The notes beneath the pieces are model-generated. The model searched no databases. It saw nothing but the letters and a program-made list of their open reading frames with translations, and was not told the DNA's origin. The position numbers and the translations under genes are program-made. 64,000 bases of DNA from NCBI GenBank assembly GCA_013265495.1, contig MU058451.1:310001-374000 (forward strand). Reading direction: 5' to 3'. Shown here piece after piece: positions 1-13,688 of the stretch (position 1 is the stretch's first letter; each line of letters begins with the position of its first letter). The DNA is from Vicugna vicugna (Eukaryota).

Positions 1-1019
1 TCAGTTTTCCATAGCAAAGGGAAAATTACATTTCAAGGCTATGCTGTCAATTAGATTTATCTAACATCTGCCCCTGTTTTGACTATCAGTTCGAAGAAAA
101 TTTTATTGGCTAACTTTGAAAATGCTTAAAATGTGAGGCTGAATGGAAATATTGATGTAGCAATAGATGAAACAGCACAGTTCAGTCTGTTAAATAAATG
201 TTGTCTTGTTCAATTCAAACGACAGAATTCCCTTTCCGTATACTCAAATCTGGAATTGGCATTTTCACTCATAGATATAATCCTTTTTGAAAGTGTGATA
301 AGTATACTTACTCATGTTTTCAAATCAAAATTTTAAGATATATTCAACAACACTGCCTTCAAGAATATTTTCTCCACAACATTATACACTTAAGACTCAA
401 AGTATCTCCATATGATATGACCTACTCAGCCCTGAAAGTAAACTAAATAGTTTACTTTCTACGTGAGCCAACCTTGCTCTACCTCAAAGCTACTGCAATT
501 CATTTCTAAAATAATTTTTAAAAATTTCCCCGGAGGCATAAATTATTACAGCTTCCAAGAAAAGGGTTCTAGGTAATTCTATATTCACAGTATTTCACAC
601 AACCTGTTCTCTGTAGGAAAAGTGATTCATCCAACAAACCACAGATGCCACTCGTTTATTTACTTAGAAATAAAATTTCTAACATTGCAAAGGGTAAAGA
701 ATGCCAATTCATAGCATACCATGTTTATAATGGAAAAACTAATTCCAACAGCCTTCCCCCCAAAGCTGGGTATGCAATGAAAGTGCCAGCGCGGGCATTC
801 AAGTTGTTCAGGTCTCCATTAAATTTCAAGTGAGTCATCATGTTTCACAGTTTGAAATAAAGGTTAAAAGTTAAGACCTGCTAATGAAAAATATTAGAAA
901 AATAATGTTTGATTCTAAAATTAATTTTGAAATCCTTAAATATGAATGAGATTTTCCTATATTACCCCTATTGCCACAAATATGCTTGTATTCAGGGCTA
1001 TTTACGCAGAAAACGGAAC

Positions 1020-1195
1020 TCAGGGGTTAAGATCAAAGTCTTTGGAGTGGAAAACTGCCACTTACTAGATACGACCTTGGAGAAGTCACTTAACCTCTCT
1101 AAGCTTCAATTTCCTTATCTGTTATTCTGAAGATAACCAAAAGCTCTTATATAATGCCTGGCACACGGTAAGGGAGCCATAAGTAATAGCTGCTG
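1020..1195 (+). mobile_element. MIR SINE (degenerate)
   Basis: MIR core gccacttactagatacgaccttggagaagtcacttaacctctctaagcttcaatttccttatctg, and MIR tail tgcctggcacacggtaag. Confidence 0.8.
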
Positions 1196-2069
1196 TAATT
1201 AGGGTTGTCAAAGGAATTTCTGCACTTGTAAATTAGATATGAATTAAGAAATGTCTGTGCAAATTCCTAAAATTTTACTTAAAAAAAAACAAACCCAAAA
1301 ACCTAAAGGTCAGACTTGGTTCTTTCTTTAAATGAAAAATCATGATGGCAGGAGAGATTAATGCCTGAAGAAGGTGAAATAGACCAAAAAACAAAACTCA
1401 CAAGAAAACAAGAGACAAGAACCCAATAGCAGCAATTCACACCTTGGAACACTTAAAAACTGCCAAGAACACAAGGAAACAGGTGGTCAGCTTATGCATG
1501 CAGCTATCTTTGATAATGAATCCACACATCAATATGGAGGGCAGAAAAGTGACCCCAAATTTTCCCCAATCTACAAAGAGGAAACGAAGTTAAATAAATT
1601 ACATTTTTATGCAATGAAAGGTAGTGGGAAATTTTTAAGTTATTTGGTTTTCAGAGGTTAAAATTGGACAACTACTTTCAAATCTACTTTGCTCTCCTTA
1701 AGGGTATCACAAAACATATCCAGCACGGTAGCAGGATGGAGTAAGGAGGGGAGAAGCTCCCACACTTGCTTCAAGTTTACCCATCACTGGATCCTAAGAC
1801 CCTTCTAGCATAGTGACAAAGTAAATACAGAATTGGAAGCATTATCCTCTGAATTCTACCCTGATTAAGCACACTTGAGTACATAAAATATGTAACACAG
1901 GTAATTCCTCTGAACACTTAAGAGCTATATACTTTAAGTATCTGATATAAATTAATAGCATATTTAGAAATAAGTATAAGGAGCTATTTCTAGTTTGTAT
2001 TAACAGATGCAGAGTTCAATGACTGTGAATATAAATAAATTCATAATATTTACTACCCAATAATTACTG

Positions 2070-2300
2070 TAACAAAGATGTACTCAGTCTTACCTATGTA
2101 ATAAGCACATCCTAAGGGTTAGGAATACTGTTTTTAACAAGACAAAAATGGCCCCAACATTCATGGAGCTTATATTCTAGTAGGGGAGACTATAAACAAG
2201 AATATATCACATGATCCAAACATTATGATAAAAGTACAGCAGGGCTGTGTGATAAGGAGTGACTGAGAAGCTATTTCAGACTGGTTGGACAAGAAAAGCT
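2070..2300 (-). mobile_element. LINE-2 3' fragment
   Basis: aacaagacaaaaatggccccaacattcatggagcttatattctagtagggg resembles the antisense L2 3' region. Confidence 0.7.
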
Positions 2301-2688
2301 TGCTCATTAAATCTGCCCCTGTAAGACTGAAATTTGCTGCCAAAATCTAGCAGCCTATTCTTTTTTATTTACATATAAAAATAAATGTAAACACTTTGCC
2401 AAGCTATGAAATTACAGTTCCCCTCATCCAACTGGTAAATGTAAACTCTTCTCAAATAGACACTGATAAACAGATACGGTCATACGCTCATTTTACCTTC
2501 AAATATTATTTCCAACACATTCACAGAGAATTTTCATAATGAAACCAACACAAATATTCAACATTTTGGGGTTTTATTTACATTCATTTTACTTATATGT
2601 TATTTTGCTAAATTATAAACAGAGTAATTTTAAATGAATTTACTTAAAAACCAAAACACACCAATAGAAAAGCTTACTTTTAACTCAC

Positions 2689-2745
2689 CTGTGCCTGTAC
2701 ACAGTGCAGAAGATCTATAAATTTGTGGCCAAATCCAAGAGAAAT
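2689..2745 (-). other. Candidate 57-nt internal exon of an unidentified minus-strand gene (phase 0: ISLGFGHKFIDLLHCVQAQ; phase 1: FSWIWPQIYRSSALCTGT; or UTR)
   Basis: Strong acceptor ttgttcatttctttacattgcag and strong donor CAG/gtgagt. Length is a multiple of 3, two frames are open, and flanks are repeat-free. Confidence 0.6.
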
Positions 2746-3029
2746 CTGCAATGTAAAGAAATGAACAAATATGAATTTTAAAAATGCTGAATCCTGTTAG
2801 ACTCACTAGAGTAGATGTGTGGTTTTTTTTTACAACCAATATACAAGAAATACTCATTAATAACAAGTCTCCATTAAATTGCATGGTAAGTCAAGAAGGA
2901 GGTAAGTAATGTACTTGTCTTTGTACAAGCGAATGTAAAATATGTAAGGCCACATTTCAGTGTGAATTACGAAGTGTCTACCCTCATTTTGAGTTCCCAC
3001 TATAATACTTAACTACGCTTTCTGGTAAT

Positions 3030-3182
3030 TGCTTGTCTAGTCACTAGCACTAAAGGCGGAACAAAAGTAGAGGCGGCCCGAGGCACCCATTTCCACACCA
3101 CACTCACTCCTAGGGCTAGCCCAGCGCCCAGCACGCAGTCATACAGTACGCAGTAAATGTTTCCAGAATGAATGAATGAATA
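3030..3182 (+). mobile_element. LINE-2 3' end
   Basis: ccagcgcccagcacgcagtcatacagtacgcagtaaatgtttccagaatgaatgaatgaa, the typical L2 terminus with (TGAA)n. Confidence 0.75.
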
Positions 3183-4628
3183 AACTCACAAACTGACCTT
3201 AGCCTGCTGCGATTTACAGTTTGCCTATATGGAATAGGGAAGCTTGAAATTATTGAAATAAACATCTATGTCATAATTGTTTAAGGAAACGTTCAAAAGT
3301 GAATAATTTGTCTCAAAAAAAGGTCCTGGGTAAGATGATGTAAAAATGATGCTATCTATGACAATTTGCAAGAGTAAGTGTGGGAAAAGACGAGGAAGAA
3401 CTGAACATTTCCAATAATGAGGGCAACTGCTCACCACGTGTCTTCTGGGTGTGTATCTCTGAGAGCAAAAAGCATGGCTTTGAAGGACCCTGTCGTATTT
3501 TCTCTGATCCACACAAGAAACAATTCCACTACACCAAAGAAGTTTCCAAGATGCACAGTGAGGAATATGAATACAAAAAATATGTGCTTATAGTATTTTA
3601 TATGTATTAATGTTTACCACTCTTGTGTATATTATGGACTCAAGAAAAACTGTCTGACTGCTAGTGGTAGTAGTATGTCTTTATTTTAAATATTCTATAC
3701 TACTAAATTTAATCAGCTTCAAGGAATGTTTTTATAACTGAGTTACTGTTTTTTTCCTTCAGGTGACAATAATCAGTAATAATTCACACTTTGATCCATT
3801 ATCAAACTTAAAATAGTATTAAGTCTCTTAAGAGTCCTTTACTCTTTAGAATAATAAATAGAACCTAACAGTAGAAAAAAGCTCATTTTCCTAGGACACT
3901 AGAAAAATCTGATTTCATAATCTGAGAGGTCTAAAGGGGAAAGAAACGGGAAAAAAATGCATTTTGATTTTTACCACGACTTTATCAGTCTGGAGATCAT
4001 CATCATATGTAATGAAATGTAGCTAGAGTATTACGCAGAGATGATTCACGAAAAACAAAAGGAAATCTGTATGCAAATAAGAAGTTATCACAGTAAATAA
4101 AATGAATGGATTCTCCTCAAGTAGCAGTCCGTGAGCAGAGTGCAATAAACTGTTACGTAATGGGAGCCATCAATCCTCCCCACACTGCTGGGGTAAAGGT
4201 ACTTGTTGTGCCAGCCAAATTAAGCCCATTCTGATTCCATACCAACAACTCATCTGCTCAAGGACATCACACTCGGCAACAGTTAAGAGCTAAAACTGGT
4301 GATATTAGTAGGAATGATGATATTAAACAATTACTGCTTGATCTATACCACTTGGAAAGTTTTTTTTATTAATGTGCTAATATAATATGAGGGGAAAGTG
4401 TTAATGAATCTAAGCTAAAGACAGACGTATAAGGACATGAAGACAGAAGATGTGAATAATTTCCATGGTATAGTGTAATATCTTGGTGTAACATTTTAAA
4501 CAAGAATTAAGTAAAATACTTATAGAATTACAAAATGTTTTAGAAGCCACTAAGGTAAGATAATGGCTATTTAAAGCAATAGTACGGGCAATGATAACCC
4601 TATAATAAATCAATATCCCACTACTCTT

Positions 4629-4704
4629 TTTTTGTTTTATTTTTTTATTGAAGCGTAGTTGATTTAGAATGTTAGTTTCAGGTGTACAGCACAGCGGTTC
4701 AGTG
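4629..4704 (-). mobile_element. Very short 5'-truncated L1 3' tail with TSD
   Basis: T-rich tail then tttattgaagcgtagttgatttagaatgttagtttcaggtgtacagcacagcggttcag. Flanked by ccactactctt (4618-4628) and ccactgctctt (4705-4715). Confidence 0.75.
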
Positions 4705-4964
4705 CCACTGCTCTTCTACCAGTCCTGATAGTTTTCATGAGGCTACTTCAGAAGTTTCAAGGGAAGGAGGAGGAAATGTCTTTCCTTTTGTCATTCTGCC
4801 AGGCCCAGGGCAGAGTGACAGAAGGAAAGGCAGGAACCTTGCAAGAAAAGGCAAAGGGATATATGTTACCCTTTTCTCTCTGACCACCACTACTGTTGCC
4901 ACTATATAAACTAAAAATATAAACCTCCTCTCCACAAAGGAATAGGTCACTATGAGGAGGCCAG

Positions 4965-5170
4965 GCTGCACAGAGCAGTGGAAAGAAGCTAGGGTTAAGA
5001 GAGGTTTCAAAAACCAGCCTTATCGTGTAAATATTACTAAATCCCTAGCAGCCGCTTAGTGACTATTGTGGACTCAGCTATAAAATCAGGATACCACCGT
5101 CCTCTCTGCAGTACCTTAGAAGTATTAAATGAGATAGTAACAGAAAGCACCTGGTACATAGTAGGTATTA
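4965..5170 (+). mobile_element. MIR SINE (degenerate)
   Basis: cagagcagtggaaagaagctagg at the start; gtattaaatgagatagtaacagaaagcacctggtacatagtagg at the end. Confidence 0.6.
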
Positions 5171-5364
5171 TACACAATTATGCCAAGTATGATGCTGGGA
5201 AATGCTGCTAGCTGTGACAGGTAACCCAATCAATCCCCAAGCAGAACTGATTCTCCCCCAGATGTCTTAATAGCTTTATCTATCTGCACATTACCGCCCA
5301 GAGAGACTGATGGAAAATTTCTGAACAGGGGGCTAACTTTAAGATTACATCAAAAGTTGAAACA

Positions 5365-6890
5365 CAGTACCTGATTTCAAAATCTTACTATAAAGTTACA
5401 ATAAAACAGTGGGTTATTGGCATAGGGATAAACAACAGAAGAAAACAGAGTCCAAAACCAGGCCCACGTAGTTATATCAATTCATATTCAACCAAGGTGG
5501 CGAGGTAATTCAATGAGGAAAGGGCATTCTTTTCAAAAAGTGGTACCAAAGACTGGTTATACATATGGAGGGGGGAAAGAACCTTAGCCTTTACCTTGTA
5601 CTATGTATAAAACTTGACTCAAAATGGTAAGATCATAGATCTAAAATTAAGAACTGAAACTACAAACCTTGTAAAAGAAAGCACTTGGAGAAAATTACTG
5701 TGGATTAGGCAAAAAAAATTTTTTTAGGTATGACACCAAATGTATAAAAGAAAAAAGACGACTTAAAAAGACCGTAAAAAGAAAAAAAAGAAACTGAAAT
5801 ATTTTAAAATTAAAGCTTCTGCTCTTCAAAAGACATAATTTAAAAAATGAAAACAAAAGCCACAGGTTGAAAGAAAATATTGGCAAAATAATTATCTGAT
5901 AAAGTACATGTATTTAGAATATATAAAGAGCAAAGTAATTGTCTAATAGAGGACGGCTATAGAATATCTAAAGGACTCTTTTTACAATAATAAAGCAAAC
6001 AATTCAACTTTTTTAAATGAGTGAACTATCTGAAGACATTTTATATCCATCCTGGGGAATCTACACAGAAAAGTACTGAACGCCATTAGTCATTAGGAAA
6101 ATGGAAGTTGAAACCAACACGAAATACTGCAGCCTATCCAGCCAAGTATCTAAAGTGTGGACAAGAACGTGGAGAAACTAGAATCCTCGCATCGCGTCCC
6201 TTGCTGGTGGGAAAGCACGATGGTACAGCCGTTTTGGGAACGGCTGGGAAGTTTCTCATCATATAACCCAACACTTTCACACCAAAGTGTGTCTTCATTT
6301 CTCTTGAAGACAGACGACCATACACAGAGTTATACGTGAACGGACCTAGCAGTTAGGCTCAGAACATCCAAAACCTGGAAACAGTTCAAAAGTTTATCAG
6401 TTGGAAAGTGGAGTTTTCAGAATGTGGTACAGTCATACAATGTAATATCACCCAACAATAAAAAAGGGACGGATCACTGACATAACGCAACAGCATGAAC
6501 GAACTTCAAAGGCACTGAACTAAATGAAAGAAGCCAAACACAAAGACAGAATATTGTATGACTCCGTTTATTTGAAATTTCTAGAAAAAGTAAAACTACA
6601 GAGGCAGAAAACAGATAAGAGGTAGACCTGGGTCAGGGAATGCAAGTGGAGACTGACTGAAAATGGACATGATGGGGCTGACAGAATTGTTCTAAAACTG
6701 GATTGCAGTGATGCTAAAGAAAAATGCGTAAGAAATGAGACAACAACATTGTAAACCAACTATACTTGAATAAAAAAGATACATAAAATGAAAAAAGAAA
6801 CGAGACACAAAGCTGTATAAATTTACTAAAACTCTTCTTTTAATACACTGAAAATGGATGTTTTATGGTAAGCAAATTATACCTCAATTT
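5365..6890 (+). mobile_element. Old L1 (L1M-type) ORF2 end and 3' UTR, decayed
   Basis: acctgatttcaaaatcttactataaagttaca...gaaaatattggcaaaataattatctgataaag...gctggtgggaaagcacgatggtacagcc...ggtaagcaaattatacctcaat. Confidence 0.9.
6743..6794 (+). mobile_element. Younger L1 3' tail nested in the old L1
   Basis: acaacattgtaaaccaactatacttgaataaaaaa plus A-rich tail. Flanked by aagaaatgagaca (6730-6742) and aagaaacgagaca (6795-6807). Confidence 0.75.
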
Positions 6891-7409
6891 TTTTAAAGCC
6901 AAAAAAAATTTTAAATGATTTTTTTTAAAAGGTACCCCTGTGCCCCTGCTCTCTCTTCCCATGTGATAGCTAAGGTTACAGTGTGAGTAAAGGGATCCAA
7001 GGATTAAAAGTAGTTCTAGGAGCAAAAGGTGAGGTGAACATTTTCCAAGCAGAGGATCAGTAAGCAGAAGCAACACATCATTACTTTGAGGCAAAAAATT
7101 TTTTAAAAAATCAGTACTAAGCCTACATCACACATAAAAAGATTACCGGCCAGATTAAAGCTATAGATTGATGATTTTTCTAAAGGCAGGGGAGGGTTAG
7201 GAGGAGATATGCTCCATATTTTGTTTTATTGGTTTTTTAAAATTATTTTTTAAATGAATAGTTAGGAACAGAGCCAGAGGAAGCAAGTAAGCTGGGAAGA
7301 AAATGAAGTGGCAGCTGTGACACTAGCTACAAGAGCACTCTGTGACTACCAGCGAGGGAGGGGCCACATTTTGCTCTTTTGTTTTAACACTCCCACCACC
7401 ACCAACAAC

Positions 7410-7625
7410 CAGCATTCACTGAATGTGAATTCTGTGCGAGCCCTGGGCAGAGGGTTTTACACGCGTTACCTAATTTAATCTTCCTAACAACCCTATGAGG
7501 GAGGCACTGCAACTATCACCACTATTTTGGAGATTCAGAAACTTCACTGAGAAGCGAAGCACTTCGTTCAAGGCCACAGAGCTGATGTGCCAGCAAAGCC
7601 TGAATTCAAACCCAGAGTCTGAGGG
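7410..7625 (-). mobile_element. MIR SINE
   Basis: tttaatcttcctaacaaccctatgagggaggcactg...gaaacttcactgagaagcgaagcacttcgttcaaggccacagagct...aattcaaacccagagtctga. Confidence 0.8.
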
Positions 7626-9061
7626 CTGAGTCCAAGCATGCTCTGACCCAGTAGGCTGCTACAGAAGTTTTGACAATGCTATCATTTCTGCCAGCTTGAT
7701 TTGAAAAAGACTGTAAAATATGCGACCAGCTTGGAAACTGCTTTCTTGAGTTTCGGGTATGGTACAACCAAGAGCAGCGGATCCCCCACGTCATCCACCC
7801 CAGCTGGCATTGCTAATAAATCCTGATGTCACTGTTCCCTGACTCAAAGGGAGCCTCCCAACCTTCTCAAAGTTGCCACCAATTAAAGGAATCCATCAGC
7901 CAATACATCAGTGTTAGTATGCGAATGAAAATACATTTCCCAACTGTAACAACTACCTCGATTTTTGATGGAGAGCAGCGTACATGGCACATGTTGTTGG
8001 CACAAGATGACTAACCAGAGGGAACCGCACAACCACCATACTTCATGTCCCAACAGAGGTCCTGTTACTGGTCTTGTTACTTAGCCAGCACCAGTCCAGT
8101 CATCAAGCCAGTCAGACAGGTTGATAGAAATGCAGAGAACATACGGGGAAAGGAAGGAAACTCTAGAAGTGCTACTTAGAGTATTTCTCAACAGTTCTAG
8201 CCCAGCACATCTGAACAGACACCCACCAGAACGCATGGACCCATAACGCATGATTAATACAGCAATTAATTTTTCCACTTTTTGCTTAAAAGCACAAAAA
8301 CTCCCAAACAACTGAACCTAAAATGCACCTTTAACTTAGAATGTTTCAAATCATATCACAGCAAGAGGAAAGTCATACTTTCAAGACTTAACTTTAAGAA
8401 CTACTCCAGATTATTGAACAGGACATTGTATTTTTCTTTGATACATATTACATATTTTACATAATATAAAAATGCCCTAAAATATATTTTCATATTTTAA
8501 TAAAATATTAAAATCCCAAAGTTGCTGCATTGCAAAAGTCTTAATAATGTGCACTCCATATGCAAGGAAAAATTATTTCCCAGTTATTAAGTTAACAGTG
8601 CTAAAAATAAGATCTAGACTACAGAAGAATAATTTATAAGCTAACTGATTAATTTGCATGTATACTTCAGACAAGCTCATGTTTTCTTTCTTTGTTTAAA
8701 GGGTTCTACCTCCAGTGAAGACATTAACCCCCAACTCTTTAAGAAGCAATTTTCATTTTCTAGTTTTTTTCAAGAGGTCATTGGTATCCTATCAAGACCC
8801 CCTTAAAATAATATTTAGCTCTTAAAACTTATGTATAAACATTAATTAATTAACCTTCTAATTATTCTTCCAACTATACTTTCTGCCTATCATAGATAAA
8901 GCTATAACTTAACTCACGCAGAGAAACCTTCAGTTTTCTAAAACTGGTGCTTAAATTTAATTGAAAGTCAATCTTAAGGTGTCCTTTTGTTATTTTAATT
9001 CAAATTAATAAAATGCTTCAAAAAGTACAATTAATCATAAGTTAAATAAGAAGAGATTAAA

Positions 9062-9655
9062 GCCGATTAAAAAATGGGCAGAGGACCTAAACAGACATTT
9101 TTCCAAAGACATACAGATGGCCAACAGGTACATAAAAAGATGCTCAACATCACTAACCATCAGAGAACTGCAAATCAAAACCACAATGAGGTGTCACCTC
9201 ACACTTGTCAGAATTTCTATCATCAAAAAGACCACAAATAAATGTTGGCAAAGATGAGAAGAAAAGGGAACCCTTGTACACTGTTGCTGGGAATGTAAAC
9301 TGGAAAACAGTATAAAAGTTCCTCCAAAAAAACTAAAAATAGAACTACCATATGACCCAGCAATTCCACTGTTGAGTATGTATCTGGGGGGGGGGGCAAA
9401 AACACAAATTAAAAGAGCTATGAGCTCGTTGCACCAGTGTTCAAGCAGCATTACTTAAAACTGCCAAGATATGGAAACAACTTAAGTGTCCACCAACAGA
9501 TGACTGGATAAAAATGTAGTGTATATATACAATGGAATACTACTCAGTCATAAGAAAGAATGCAATTTTGCCATTTGCAGCAACACAGATGTACTTGGAG
9601 GGTATAGATGGACTTGGTAAAATAAGTCAGACAGAGGAAGACAAACACTATATGC
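9062..9655 (+). mobile_element. L1 fragment (ORF2 end/3' UTR), relatively well preserved
   Basis: aaaaatgggcagaggacctaaacagacattttccaaagacatacagatggccaacagg...aaaatagaactaccatatgacccagcaattccact...aataagtcagacagaggaagacaaacac. Confidence 0.92.
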
Positions 9656-9749
9656 AACTATCATAAAACAGTAACTGCCAAAGAGTAATATTCTTGCACA
9701 GAGACAGACCTAGAAGAAAAATTAATCTCATACGTAGTTGAATGTACAT

Positions 9750-10180
9750 GGCTCAAATTTGAGAGAGGAATAAAGATACTAAATTTGGAGTCACTAACCT
9801 GAAAATAGTATTTAAATCCATAGAACTGGTTAAGATATCTTAGGGAGAAGAGATAACAGAGAGCTGGGAGCTGGGATTAAACCCAAAGGAACTCCTACTT
9901 TAAAAAATTATGTAGAAAAGGAACTAGCCAAAGAGAATGAGAAGAAATTACCTAAGAGGCAGGAGGAAGACAAGCAAAGACAAGTACTATAGAATCTGAG
10001 ATGGAGAGTTCCATGGAGAGGGGAGACACCATTCAATGCTCAGTAGTGAAAATTACACAGTTTCTACTTGATTTGGCAAGCAGAAATTGCTCATAACCTT
10101 CCTCAGAAGAGTTTCATCGACTGGAGAAAAGTTAAGGTGTTGACAAATGAATACAAAATAAGGATCTGAAGACAGCACAT
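9750..10180 (-). mobile_element. LINE-2 fragment
   Basis: aaatttggagtcactaacctgaaaatagtatttaaatccatagaactggttaagatatcttagggag resembles the antisense L2 body. Confidence 0.65.
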
Positions 10181-12519
10181 GCAAATGATCACCATCATGA
10201 TTACCTTATCTCAACTTTATCTTCTTCTGTAGACTGGGAGCTTCTGGAGGGCAAGGGTAAGGTTTTATCCACCTTTGACTAAGAAGACAATCTGCTGTTG
10301 GACTAAAGATTTTTAAATAACGCTCCTACAAAAGTCCTGGAGCTTTAATTAGGGTGCTCAGCCCCCAAATTCATACAATAATAGTCTTTAATAGAATTAG
10401 AGGAGAGCAAAGAAACAGTAAGTTATTGAGCAGAACTTAATCTTTCTTAAACAGAAACAAAAGACTCAGGGATGACCCCTACCAAGACTAGAACATGCCA
10501 ACCGGACAACCAAACAGAAATTAAAGGCAGACCCCCAAAAAACTAGGAGTAGAATTTTAACTGCTTTTGGTCCCAGTAATGTAAATAATTTTGCCCTTAA
10601 TGTTCCCATTTATTCTCCTTGAAATGAAAACAGGTTTACTGTATATACTAGAATAGTAGAGGATTTCCGTAAATTATCAATTTATTTCTTATAATAAACC
10701 ATTGAGAGGAAATGTCTACCTTTCTCAATAAAATAAAATATATACCCTGCAAATGTTAACAACTGAGAGAAAAAATCTACTTAGGGAGAAAGAATAAGGC
10801 TGTGAACTCCTCTCTGAAACCGACCCTAATTAATGCTGTAGTGACTACTCTAGCTGATAGAAAATGAGCCTAGAAGCCTCTCCTCATATCCCCGAGTACA
10901 AGGCAGACAAGCCTGTATAATTACCTCAAGACTCTGGGTAACAAAAGGAGGTGAATCAAAAGTAACATTAAAACTATATGATCTGTCGACATAGGATGGG
11001 GTAGTCTGTAAGCCCCGATACCTAGCAGTACCCTCAAAACTAGTATCACGAGGACTGGCACAGACCTTCTGTCCACCAAAGCTCCCCTTCTGAGTTTCTC
11101 TTTCCTCCCTGAGGACCAGCCTCTTCCCCAAATGACTGGGCCTGCCAATTCTCACCCCCTACAGGGAGGCCAGGCCGCAGCTTTCAACAGGGTATAACCA
11201 CACTAAGATAGTCACCATCTCAACATAATACAGGGTACATTCTTTAAATTTGAAGGAAAGAAAAGAAAGAAAGAAAGCCTACACTCAATATGAAAGAAGG
11301 TAGGAGAACGTCTTCTTAAAAAGGAAGATATTACAAAATACCCACTGTATAGCCAAGAAGAGGTAACACAACTTGTCTAAAGTCAAAGATATTAAACCCT
11401 CGTCCACCTGACTCCAGGCCCACGTTCCTACCACTCTGACTGCTGGCTAGGCAGCTCTGATCCGCTGAAAACAAAAAAATAGAGCAAGCACCGAAACAAT
11501 GGTGTTTTTCTTCCAAGCTGAAAACGGCTCACATGTGTGGATAATGTTTGTTCACAGTTGTAGTTTTATATCACAGATAAGTTTTCTTCCCCTTTGGGTG
11601 AAATTACAATTTTATGTGATATAATTAAGTGTAGCAATATTTTATAGAGTTCCACAAAGAATATGGTATTCCAAAAATGAGCCCTGGACTACTAGGAGAA
11701 AATCACTGCAACTTACTAAGCGGAAAACGGAGAGCTTCACCTTGGAGTTCCGTTAGTACCTACCTAGTCCAATTTGCGCACGCGCTCTCTCTCTCTATGT
11801 GACTTCACTGAGTCAAATCATGGGTCCAACTGTGACTCAGAAGAATTATTACCAAAAAAGATACTTCATCATAAACTGGATTCATTGTGTGAACCTACAG
11901 TTTCCCATTTTGTTAAAAAACTTAAAATGCAATTTTTCACTTTACTGTGTCTAGGTTTTGACAAAAACATGGAGGAACAATGGAGAAAACTGGATCCTGT
12001 GGCAAAAACACCATTTTGCATCAAAATTTAGGTCTGGAAGAATCCTGGAAATAATCTATCGTAACTACTCAGTTTTCCAAGATGGAAGACTGAGGCTCAA
12101 AGAGATCAGTACCTCTCCTGACAACGACAGGACTGCCGCTCACCAATGGAGTTTCTGTGAACCCAGAAACAAATATTATCCTAGAAAAGCTGGCCTTGCC
12201 ATCATGTCTTAACTGTCTGCTACAGAAATCATCATCAAATGCGTGTCTACTTTCCCACCACAGAAGGGCACCAAGCACACTGAAAGGTATGAGAGGCTTG
12301 TAACTTAGTTGTGAATCTAGAATTTAAGGTTAAAATACCTAACCACACAAAACACAAACAGAACTTGGAAGATCTGCAAATGATTGGTCTAAGTGCAAAA
12401 CATACAGAACAACAAGGAGAGCCACCTTGTGTTGTTGTGTATCAGGTGTCAGTTACTCTGATACAGATTTCACGAGCATTGCTTTTAATATTTTCCATAA
12501 ACAGGCACCTATCAATTCT

Positions 12520-12640
12520 ATTTCGCAGATAAGGAAAGTGCAAGTCAGAGAAGTTAAGTGATTTCCTCGAGGAAAAGCAAGAGGAAGAACCACATGTGGA
12601 ATCGAGGTCTTTCTGAATCAAGACTTCCACCCTAGCCCTG
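12520..12640 (-). mobile_element. MIR SINE core
   Basis: cagataaggaaagtgcaagtcagagaagttaagtgatttcctcgagg. Confidence 0.7.
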
Positions 12641-13526
12641 CTGTCTCTACCCCTGCTCCTCCTGCCAGGCTCCACTCCTCCACACCCTCTAGCCCACCCA
12701 CCTCCTTATTCTCCCCAGAAGAAAAGAGCTGGTATCAAGAAGATGCTTTCTAACAACCAGCTACTACAAAAACAGCCCCAAGCATCAATTCACCCAATGA
12801 ATTCACCCAATACAACCCAACAAATTGCCCTAAAATGTTTCACTAACAAGATTATTCAGTTACTGGCTTGTTGTGCTTCTCTAAGCAAAGAAAATGGAAG
12901 AAGTGCTACAATACTGTAGGGTCAAGACAGAGGTGAAGGCAAAAATTTAAAGGCTGTGACAAAATGGGGACTTAATCTGACATGAGGAATTGCATTAAAA
13001 AAAAAAAAATAAAACAAGTCTAAACCCTAAGTGGGGAGACAGCTAGGAAAACAACCTATTGGAGCTGAATTTTTTCTCAAGACCAAGAATGTATATAAAT
13101 GTCCAGGAAATGCCCATAAAATTTTCTAATATCGTATTTTCACTCCGATGACAATCTAAAATTATTTAACACAGGGATATCACCAATTACACATATAGCT
13201 GATTGCCTCCTGCCATTTAATTTCAGTCCTTGGATTTGTGTTTATGATTGGATTAGGGACTAGTATTATTTTACTATCTTTGATATCAAATCTTAAGGAG
13301 CAAAGTTTTCAATAAATTCAAGGAAAGAAAAAAAATGGGGGAGATGAGAGGCATCGCCACACCACTAATTGTAGTATATGCTGAACTCGATGGAACCTGA
13401 GCCCCGCAGTTGTAAATAGCATGTCTGTCACAGCCACACAACACTGCATGGTGCTGATAAGTTAAATCTCATTGATTTGGTAGTTTTATTTATATTTAGT
13501 TAGTAAATCTGATTTTGTTTTATACG

Positions 13527-13578
13527 TTCTCCCTCTCTCTCTCTCTCTTTTTCCATCTCTCTCTCCCTCCCTCCCTCT
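13527..13578. repeat. CT-rich / (CT)n-(CCCT)n low-complexity tract
   Basis: ttctccctctctctctctctcttttccatctctctctccctccctccctct. Confidence 0.85.
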
Positions 13579-13688
13579 AGGCAGTCACCTCAGCACTGAG
13601 AAGTAGACATTTTGCTGACCATCCTAGAATAAACCACAGCCTAAAGAGGATAATCATAATGATGACAATAATACATAAAGAACAGAGC

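Noticed and set aside
312..431. 120-nt minus-strand segment with tttactttcag acceptor and TGA/gtaagt donor
   Set aside because: All three frames are closed, composition is intron-like, and there is no other support; likely a pseudoexon.
10280..11170. Possible NUMT
   Set aside because: I could not recognise any mitochondrial rRNA, tRNA or protein motif.
12788..12812. Direct repeat aattcacccaat x2 as a possible array
   Set aside because: Only two copies, so a simple local duplication. There is no CRISPR-like repeat-spacer structure here or elsewhere in this mammalian DNA.
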